This document shows positions 57,296 through 64,000 of a DNA stretch of 64,000 nucleotides, piece after piece (the first letter of the stretch is position 1; every line of letters starts with the position of its first letter). The stretch spans positions 67,542 to 131,541 of the forward strand of contig CAMDHZ010000008.1 of assembly GCA_945898275.1 (NCBI GenBank), written 5' to 3'. The notes beneath the pieces were generated by a model. It saw nothing but the letters and a program-made list of their open reading frames with translations. It ran no database searches and had not been told where the DNA came from. The position numbers and the translations under genes were made by a program. Source of the stretch: Chitinophaga pinensis (GTDB lineage: Bacteria > Bacteroidota > Bacteroidia > UKL13-3).

Positions 57296-58195
57296 TTATT
57301 TATTTATTACAATACGATGAAAGCTACAGCTTTGTTTGCTGCTCAATTTTAAGATATAATTACCTGACGCTAGTTGGTTCAAACCGTAAACCTTTGACGC
57401 AACAGTTACGCCTTCCTTTACCAAGTTTCCTGTTAATTCATAAATAGTAAAATTAGCCTCTTCAATTAATCCATTAATATGTAAAGTTTCTATGCAAGGA
57501 TTTGGAAACAAGGTCAATTGACTTTGTGAATGTTCGCGTACCGAATTTGAATAGGTTAATTTTAAATCATCTAGCATAAGTAAACTTCCTGCAATTGGAC
57601 TAAATCCATCTCTGCTTGAGCTTGCAATAAATGACATGGAGTCTGGTGTAAGATCTGAAACATACACAAAAGGTACATTTGCCTCTGTATAACTAGATAC
57701 AATTGAATCCATTTCAAAATTTGCAAAGCCAATTGTATCACGGTTGCCATCAACCCATTTAGTTAAAAGCATGAAAACAATATTTGCATCTTTTGGTTCA
57801 GGAAATGCCTGATACCAAAATAGAATAGAATTTGGCCTACCATTAAAAGCAACTCTGTTTTTTTCTATGTCTGGTAAACCGTTTATACCTATAATATTTT
57901 GAGCAGTTAATAGGCCAGGTATGCTAGTTGTCGGTCCTAACATCGATTCTAGCATTACAGCCTTACTGCCAACTTTTGCATTGCTTGTTTCAAAAGTGGA
58001 TTCTTCAAATCCAAAGGCTTTCAGCAGGTTTAAGGTATACCAGCCTTGTGGGTCTTGATAGTTGGTGCCATTAAAGGTTTTGGTTTCCCAATTTTCAAAT
58101 CCAAAATTTGGCAACTGCGCCTGCCCAATACTTTTATTGGTTAACAGCACTCCTAATAGCAAAAATACTAAAGTGTAAAAATTATTTGTTTTCAT
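57296..58195 (-). CDS. T9SS-secreted protein with PCMD-like domain
   Basis: PNFGFENW, P.GW, RPNSI.FWY, DTIG, PDS, L.LDDL; C-terminal LFPNP...GNYIL. Confidence 0.75.
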   Translation of the reverse strand: MKTNNFYTLVFLLLGVLLTNKSIGQAQLPNFGFENWETKTFNGTNYQDPQGWYTLNLLKAFGFEESTFETSNAKVGSKAVMLESMLGPTTSIPGLLTAQNIIGINGLPDIEKNRVAFNGRPNSILFWYQAFPEPKDANIVFMLLTKWVDGNRDTIGFANFEMDSIVSSYTEANVPFVYVSDLTPDSMSFIASSSRDGFSPIAGSLLMLDDLKLTYSNSVREHSQSQLTLFPNPCIETLHINGLIEEANFTIYELTGNLVKEGVTVASKVYGLNQLASGNYILKLSSKQSCSFHRIVINK

Positions 58196-58227
58196 ATGTT
58201 TTAATATTGTGATACAAACATATAGAG

Positions 58228-58246
58228 TAGTTTATAATATAAACTA
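58228..58246. promoter_or_regulatory. Candidate operator, perfect 9-bp inverted repeat next to the -7 element of the 58195-56429 operon
   Basis: TAGTTTATA-A-TATAAACTA; minus-strand TATGTTTG at 58215-58222. Confidence 0.5.
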
Positions 58247-58410
58247 GTTTTAAATTTTAGTACTATTCAAAAAATTGATTTACAATGTTTTAAAATTTTA
58301 CTTCAGCGCTGGTATGACTATTTTCTTATGCCTTTTAAAAGTTTTCCGCCTTTATTTGTGTATTAGTTAGGTTGAATTTTCGTTGGATAGAAATACCTTG
58401 CATCCATCAT

Positions 58411-60906
58411 ATGAATAAGTATTTCAAATATTTTTTAATTTCGCTATTAAGCATCTTGGGATTAATAGGATTAACCTTTGTACTTATCTATCAAAACATT
58501 GAGACCTTACAAAAATATGCATTAGACGAATTAAACAAGAACCTAAAAGCTCCCCTCACCACAAAAGAAATTTCAGTTTCTATTTTCACTACTTTTCCTA
58601 TGGTGAGCCTAGAATTTAAAGAGGTAAATATAGCTGATCCATTAAGGAAAAACATCAGTTTGATTGAGGCGCAAAGACTTTATCTTGGTTTTAATATTGT
58701 TGATGTTATTAATAAAAAATATAAAGTTCAACTTATTGAAATTGACAGCGGCAGCATAAATATGTACGTTAACAAAAAGGGTCGCAAAAATTTTGATATT
58801 CTTAAATCGCAACCAGAATCTAAAGAAAAATTAAACACTTCCGATGCATTTTCCTTTCAGTTAAATAAGGTTGGTTTGAACCGAATCAGAATCAATTATG
58901 AAGACAAATCTGCCTTAACACATCTAGACGTTTTTGCCAAAGAAGCTGAAATACACGGACAGTTTACTGAGAAAGAATTTGAAATGGAAGTCAAACTTAG
59001 TGGCCTTTGTCATCAAATGAAATTTGGAACTTTAGCTCTTTTTAAGCAAAAAACATTAAACCTTAACCTAGCATTTCAAGTTGATAATACAACCAATAAT
59101 TATCTTATCAAAAAAGGAGAATTTGCCATAAATACGCTTTTTTTACACCTTACGGGCGATTTGAGGTTTGAACCCAAAAAAGCAAATTATAACCTTGCAT
59201 TTTCAACCGAAAAAATAACCATTCAAGACCTTATTTCCATCATGCCGTTTGAAATGCCAAGTCATATTAAAACCTACGCTTCTCAAGGTAAAGTGTACTT
59301 TAAAGGTAAATATGCTGGCACACAATCCAATCTTGCAAGTCCACAATTATTAGTCGATTTTGGAATTGAAGAGGGGCAATTAATTGAGCCTGAAACCGGT
59401 ATTAAAATTGAAAATATTAATTTAAATGGGAGTTACAAAGGCAATAACGATTTATCAAGATCAACACTTACTATCCCTTCTTTAAATGCTAAATTTTCAG
59501 GCTCGCAAATAAGAGGAAATTTGCAATTAACAAATTTGCTCAATCCGTCTTTATTTGCAGAATTAAACGGCAATGCCGACCTAAAAGCGCTTAATAGTTT
59601 TTTAAAGCTAGAAGACGTAAAGTCAATCAATGGAAACCTAGAATTTTCTCTAACTGTAAAAGGATCTCAAAAGGATAGTGCTTGGATTTGGGATTCGAAT
59701 TTTTCTCAAGGGATATTTAAAATGGAAATTCCTGAGCTTACCCTTACCTATATTAATAAGCCTTTTAATAAGGTTCAATTAGTTGCAGGACTTAGCGGTA
59801 GTAATTTATCAATAGACAAACTAACTTTTCAAATTGGCGAAAGCGATTTTGATTTAAATGGGAAGTTTCCAAGTTTCTTGTCTGCTTTTGGCAAACAAAA
59901 AGAGGTATTTCAAGGTAATCTCAATCTCAAATGCAATCTTCTTAACTCAAATGATTTGCTGATTTATAATGCAAGTGATCCTAAAGAGAATGATGATGCT
60001 TCCTTCCAATATAAAATTGGATTAAACCTTATAGCCAATAAATTTGTATATAGTAATTTCATCGCTGCCAACCTTAGTTGTAAAACTATTCTTGTTCCCA
60101 ATAAAACAGAAATTCCATATTTTAGCTTGCAAACTTGCTCAGGAAGCTTTGCTGGAGAAGCCTCTTGGCAAATGGTTCCAGAGGGCTACGTTCTCAAAGC
60201 CAATCACCAAGCAACGCATATAGATTTAACTCAATTACTAGCGTCCTTTAATGATTTTGGTCAAACCGAAATTACCTCAAAACACTTAAAAGGCTTGCTT
60301 TCGGCTCAAACCGATATGATTATTTACTTCGACCCCGAAATGAAAGTATTAAATAAAAAGTTATTGTTGGTTTCAACCCTCAATATGAAACAAGGGGAAT
60401 TAATTGACTATAAACCGCTTTTAGGTTTGTCTAGATTTGCTGATGTTTCAGAACTTAAACACCTTAAGTTCTCCGAATTGAATAATACTTTAACAATTAA
60501 AAATAATATCATTAGTATTCCAGAAATGGACATTAAAACCAATGCCATTAATTTAGGTCTTAGCGGTAAACATGGCTTTGACAATGAAGTAAATTACAAG
60601 GTCAAATTGGCTTTATCGCAGTTGCTAAACAAAAAACGAAAAATTCAACCTAACGAATTTGGGGAGGAAGATCCCGTTTCAAAAAACTGGATTATCTATG
60701 TTAGCATTGAAGGCTCATTAAACAACCTTAGATATTCTTTCGACAAAAATGGATCGACCGTTCAGTTAAAAGAAGAAGTAAAAAAAGAAAAAGAAAACAT
60801 CAAAGAAATTCTAAAACAAGAATTTCAAATTAAGAAAGATACCAGTCTTAAAAAAGTTGAAACCAATAATAATAACCCTGATGAACTTGAATTTGAAGAA
60901 GAGTAA
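58411..60906 (+). CDS. AsmA-like protein
   Basis: N-terminal TM from ATG 58411, TFPMVSL, NFDI, L.F..L.N...I....I.IP.M.I.TNA, G.HGFD. Confidence 0.82.
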   Translation: MNKYFKYFLISLLSILGLIGLTFVLIYQNIETLQKYALDELNKNLKAPLTTKEISVSIFTTFPMVSLEFKEVNIADPLRKNISLIEAQRLYLGFNIVDVINKKYKVQLIEIDSGSINMYVNKKGRKNFDILKSQPESKEKLNTSDAFSFQLNKVGLNRIRINYEDKSALTHLDVFAKEAEIHGQFTEKEFEMEVKLSGLCHQMKFGTLALFKQKTLNLNLAFQVDNTTNNYLIKKGEFAINTLFLHLTGDLRFEPKKANYNLAFSTEKITIQDLISIMPFEMPSHIKTYASQGKVYFKGKYAGTQSNLASPQLLVDFGIEEGQLIEPETGIKIENINLNGSYKGNNDLSRSTLTIPSLNAKFSGSQIRGNLQLTNLLNPSLFAELNGNADLKALNSFLKLEDVKSINGNLEFSLTVKGSQKDSAWIWDSNFSQGIFKMEIPELTLTYINKPFNKVQLVAGLSGSNLSIDKLTFQIGESDFDLNGKFPSFLSAFGKQKEVFQGNLNLKCNLLNSNDLLIYNASDPKENDDASFQYKIGLNLIANKFVYSNFIAANLSCKTILVPNKTEIPYFSLQTCSGSFAGEASWQMVPEGYVLKANHQATHIDLTQLLASFNDFGQTEITSKHLKGLLSAQTDMIIYFDPEMKVLNKKLLLVSTLNMKQGELIDYKPLLGLSRFADVSELKHLKFSELNNTLTIKNNIISIPEMDIKTNAINLGLSGKHGFDNEVNYKVKLALSQLLNKKRKIQPNEFGEEDPVSKNWIIYVSIEGSLNNLRYSFDKNGSTVQLKEEVKKEKENIKEILKQEFQIKKDTSLKKVETNNNNPDELEFEEE

Positions 60907-61660
60907 ATTACTCTTAATGGCATTATTTGCCCTAGTATGTATTAAAAATTCGAATGCCCAATCTAAATCCAAATTTGGTTTTGTAGGGTCGGTCAATATT
61001 GGTTATGGGTCTGCTTTTATTTCTGATGAAAAATACCAACAATTCATGGATACCATGCAATCCAAAACCAATAGTGTTTTAACCAAATCTGTAAATGGAT
61101 GGTTCATGTATAGTTTCAGTAAGAAAGTAGACTTGCTTTTTGGAATTGGCTACCAAGAAGCTGCTTTTGGTAGAAGACAAAGTAATTTAAACTTTAAAAA
61201 TTACACCTATCCTGGTATCGGAATTGGTAAAATAGAAGACCTCTCTAATCTTGAAAGGGGAATACAATATACCTATCGTTTTAGCTATTTAAATTTACCT
61301 TTTCAAATGATGTTAAATACTGGACGATCAAGCGATTATAAATGGACATTTAGCTTTGTACCTGGTGCCGCCCTAAATATTCTAATGAACCATAAAATGA
61401 TAGCTAATTTAGATGATGGATTTACCATTGACCTAAAAGATAAATTTACTTTAGACTCAACTGGATTCAAAGCAAGACCAATTGCTATCAATTTTAGCGC
61501 TGGATTTAGGTTCCAAAAAAAGGATGAAGATGGGAAGTCTTATTTTTTACAGCCCATGGCAATGGTATATCCGCTTTCTGTAACAAGTGCAGATTTAAAA
61601 GCTGTGCCTTGGTCTATTTCTCTGCAATTTGGTGCAATATTTTCTGCCTCTAATAAGTAA
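60881..61660 (+). CDS. Outer-membrane beta-barrel protein (PorT-like)
   Basis: Signal peptide, FSYLNLP, aromatic strands, WSISLQFGAIF. Start uncertain. Confidence 0.65.
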   Translation: MNLNLKKSKLLLMALFALVCIKNSNAQSKSKFGFVGSVNIGYGSAFISDEKYQQFMDTMQSKTNSVLTKSVNGWFMYSFSKKVDLLFGIGYQEAAFGRRQSNLNFKNYTYPGIGIGKIEDLSNLERGIQYTYRFSYLNLPFQMMLNTGRSSDYKWTFSFVPGAALNILMNHKMIANLDDGFTIDLKDKFTLDSTGFKARPIAINFSAGFRFQKKDEDGKSYFLQPMAMVYPLSVTSADLKAVPWSISLQFGAIFSASNK

Positions 61661-62115
61661 TGGAAATTAATAGATTTACCATTCGGGTTTATGGTTTATT
61701 ATTTAATGAACATAAACAAGTTTTATTGGTGCACGAGAAAATGCCACATTTACATTTTACCAAGTTCCCAGGAGGTGGGTTAGAATTTGGTGAAGGCACT
61801 CGAGACTGTCTGGTTAGAGAATTTATGGAAGAATCGGGTTTAGAAATTAGAGTAAAAGATCATATTTATACGACAGATTTCTTTCAACCTAGCGCATTTA
61901 GAAAAGGCGACCAGCTTATGGCAATTTACTACCAAGTTGAACTTTCCCATCCTGCACAAACTGTTTCGCTTGAAGAAATTACCTTAACCATTGGCGATAA
62001 AAATGAAACCTTAAGGTTTTTTTGGAAAAATTTAGATGAACTAGACCCAGAAAAAGATTTAAGCTTCCCAATTGATAGAATTGTGGCACGAAAATTTCTC
62101 TCAGAAAAGTTATAA
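61660..62115 (+). CDS. NUDIX hydrolase
   Basis: FPGGGLEFGEGTRDCLVREFMEESG Nudix box. Confidence 0.93.
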   Translation: MEINRFTIRVYGLLFNEHKQVLLVHEKMPHLHFTKFPGGGLEFGEGTRDCLVREFMEESGLEIRVKDHIYTTDFFQPSAFRKGDQLMAIYYQVELSHPAQTVSLEEITLTIGDKNETLRFFWKNLDELDPEKDLSFPIDRIVARKFLSEKL

Positions 62116-62124
62116 TTATTCAAC

Positions 62125-62679
62125 ATGAAACATCTTAAAATATACTTTCCCTTATCTTTATTATTAATCCTAATTGCTTGTGGCTCATCTAAAAATGGTC
62201 TGAACCAAGTGAAGATACCTTTTAAAGGCAATGCCTATGAATCTAATCGCAGGTTTTTTAGAAGTGTTGCCAGTGGCGAAAGTATTAACTTAGAAACTGC
62301 GCGCAGTAAAGCCTTACTTATCGCAAACCAACGCATCGCATCCTCGGTTCAAACCGAAATAAAAAATGTAACCGAAAACTACTTAAATGAAAGAAAAGAT
62401 GGTAACCAACTTGGTGATTATGGCGAACGATTTCAACAACTTACCCGAGAAGTGATGAGCACAAGCATCAATGGAATGCGAACTTTTGATGAAAAAGTTT
62501 TTATGAAAACTGATAAATCCTACCAAGTTTGGGTAGCAGTAGAGGCTAGAAAAAAAGATATTTACAAGAGAATGAAGCAAACTGCAAAAGAGAGAAGTAC
62601 CTTAAGCGAAAAAGAGAAAATTGCCATTGCAGAAATGATAGATAAAGCCATTGAAGATACTGGTGATTTAGATAACTAA
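62125..62679 (+). CDS. Lipoprotein (LPP20-like)
   Basis: Lipobox LIAC; ASGES..LETARSKA..IA...IA. Confidence 0.7.
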   Translation: MKHLKIYFPLSLLLILIACGSSKNGLNQVKIPFKGNAYESNRRFFRSVASGESINLETARSKALLIANQRIASSVQTEIKNVTENYLNERKDGNQLGDYGERFQQLTREVMSTSINGMRTFDEKVFMKTDKSYQVWVAVEARKKDIYKRMKQTAKERSTLSEKEKIAIAEMIDKAIEDTGDLDN

Positions 62680-62736
62680 ATACTTTTTTTGTATCCATAA
62701 TTTCTTTCTGTTATATTTACCATATTATCGTAAGAC

Positions 62737-64000
62737 ATGACCGAATTAATTAGCGAAGAAGATTTTGCAAAAGCCCTAAAACTTGAAAAAGTAAAGTTGA
62801 ATCTTTTGGCGCCCGCCTTGATGCGACTGCTTAAATTAGACGAGGTTAACGAAATATATTCACAAACCAGCAAATTAGAAGGAGCTGATTTTGCAGAGAA
62901 AATGCTAGAAAGAATGGGGGTTGAATATGAAATCAGTGATGCCGATTTGGCGAATATCCCCAAAACAGAACCCTTTATTTTAATTGCAAATCACCCTTAC
63001 GGTGGCGTAGATGGAATGATTCTAATGGCTATTTTAGCCAAACATCGTCCTGATATAAAATTTCTTGCTAATTTTTTATTGAACCAAATTGAACCACTCA
63101 AAAACTGGATTATTCCAGTAAACCCTTTTGAAGATGTTGGGGACAAGGCTATGAACATTAAGGGTGTAAAAGAGATTTTAAACCACCTTAAAACCAGTCC
63201 AATTGCCCTTTTTCCAGCAGGTGAAGTGAGTGCTTTAAAACTGAATAACTTCAAAATTTCAGACAAAAAATGGGAACCTTCGGTTGGAAAAATTATTTCT
63301 AAAGCTGGCCTAAAAGTTATTCCTGTTTATTTTTCAGGCCATAATAGTTTAGCATTTAACCTGCTAGGCTTAGTTCATCCAGGTTTAAGGACAATAAAGC
63401 TTCCTTCTGAAATGTTTAACAAGTCAAAAAATAAAGTTAAACTAAGAATCGGAAAGCCAATTCCTTTCAAAGAACTTGCAGATTTGGATCAACCCAAACT
63501 GTTAGACTTTCTAAGAGCCAAAACCTATGCACTTGGCGCAACTGAAGAACAAAATACTAAATTTAAGTTAAATCTAAAGAAACTTGCTAGACCACATAAA
63601 ATAGTAAATGCTGTCCCAAGTCACTTGCTAGAAAAGGAAATTGAAAGCATCTCAAGTGAGTGTAAACTTTTTAACTATGACAATTTCGAAGTTTACATTT
63701 CCGATTATGATAAAATCCCTTTCATCATTCATGAAATTGGAAGATTAAGAGAAATCACCTTTCGAGAAGTTGGAGAAGGCACCAACCGCAGCATTGATTT
63801 AGACGACTTTGACAAGCATTACAAACATTTATTTGTTTGGGACAAAGAAGCTAAAACAATTGCTGGTTCATACAGAATAGGGGAGGGAGATGTGCTTTTT
63901 AGAAAGTTTGGTATTCAAGGATTTTACTTGAACCAACTTTTTAGAATGAGCAAAGAAATGTATCCAATGGTTTACCAATCTATTGAATTAGGACGCTCAT
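62737..64000 (+). CDS. Bifunctional acyltransferase: PlsC-like plus GNAT (OlsF-like), 3'-truncated; absent from the ORF track
   Basis: Manual translation MTELISEEDFAKAL...IANHPYGGVDG (HxxxxD), FPAGEV, then EIGRLREITFREVGEGT..IDLDDFD..YKHLFVWD...GSYR. No stop seen before the window end. Confidence 0.85.
   Translation, partial: MTELISEEDFAKALKLEKVKLNLLAPALMRLLKLDEVNEIYSQTSKLEGADFAEKMLERMGVEYEISDADLANIPKTEPFILIANHPYGGVDGMILMAILAKHRPDIKFLANFLLNQIEPLKNWIIPVNPFEDVGDKAMNIKGVKEILNHLKTSPIALFPAGEVSALKLNNFKISDKKWEPSVGKIISKAGLKVIPVYFSGHNSLAFNLLGLVHPGLRTIKLPSEMFNKSKNKVKLRIGKPIPFKELADLDQPKLLDFLRAKTYALGATEEQNTKFKLNLKKLARPHKIVNAVPSHLLEKEIESISSECKLFNYDNFEVYISDYDKIPFIIHEIGRLREITFREVGEGTNRSIDLDDFDKHYKHLFVWDKEAKTIAGSYRIGEGDVLFRKFGIQGFYLNQLFRMSKEMYPMVYQSIELGRS

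Larger units (their letters stand above)
2191..62355. repeat. Dispersed highly iterated quasi-palindromic 10-mer GGTTCAAACC / GGTTTGAACC (29 exact copies)
   Basis: Manual read. GGTTCAAACC starts at 2191, 4314, 6704, 12428, 14752, 15428, 19492, 25701, 29072, 31700, 39496, 47505, 55356, 56094, 57376, 62346. GGTTTGAACC starts at 3777, 6873, 12721, 18873, 25915, 31263, 37261, 39078, 42420, 48794, 55491, 58873, 59165. Perfect palindrome GGTTCGAACC at 30403. Many one-mismatch variants also present. Confidence 0.92.

Noticed and set aside
2191..62355. GGTTCAAACC copies as tRNA T-arm remnants or integration scars
   Set aside because: The motif resembles GGTTCRAATCC but lacks the T, has no flanking tRNA sequence, and sits in frame within intact genes.
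2191..62355. The iterated motif as ends of an IS or MITE
   Set aside because: No shared sequence beyond about 14 bp, no paired spacing, no target duplications and no transposase seen.
284..63266. The many 60-130 aa track ORFs lying antisense or out of frame within longer genes (e.g. 284-559, 8215-8475, 20991-21383, 42812-43210, 62997-63266)
   Set aside because: They are nested in well-supported genes and show no recognisable motifs.

Overview
A 64 kb AT-rich chromosomal window from a Bacteroidota genome. The phylum is inferred from TAnnTTTG -7 promoter elements, several proteins with T9SS type-A C-terminal sorting domains, and the gene content. It is gene-dense. Housekeeping genes are hpt, adk, obgE, korAB, a THUMP rRNA methyltransferase, priA, pepD and tRNA-Val(TAC). 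It also holds two POT peptide transporters, two AsmA-like proteins, many secreted proteins, two type II toxin-antitoxin pairs and a Fic gene. No transposase, integrase, prophage, rRNA or CRISPR array was seen. Four things stand out. (1) A quasi-palindromic 10-mer, GGTTCAAACC/GGTTTGAACC (extended T-N-GGTTCAAACC-GA), occurs exactly 29 times by manual count, in genes in all reading frames and next to terminators, like a DNA-uptake or HIP1-type iterated sequence. (2) A ThiF-nitroreductase plus putative N-acyltransferase pair (OxzAB/Rv1355c-Rv1356c-like) is coupled to a 7TMR-DISM two-component system, a candidate signal-synthase/receptor circuit. (3) A six-gene operon encodes PqqD/RRE, ATP-grasp, PLP decarboxylase, a urea-transporter/M23 fusion, a TPR/barrel and a TPR protein, with no visible precursor peptide. 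(4) Five tandem 24-bp palindrome-containing repeats sit directly upstream of the Fic gene. All family calls come from motif recognition by eye, not from database searches.
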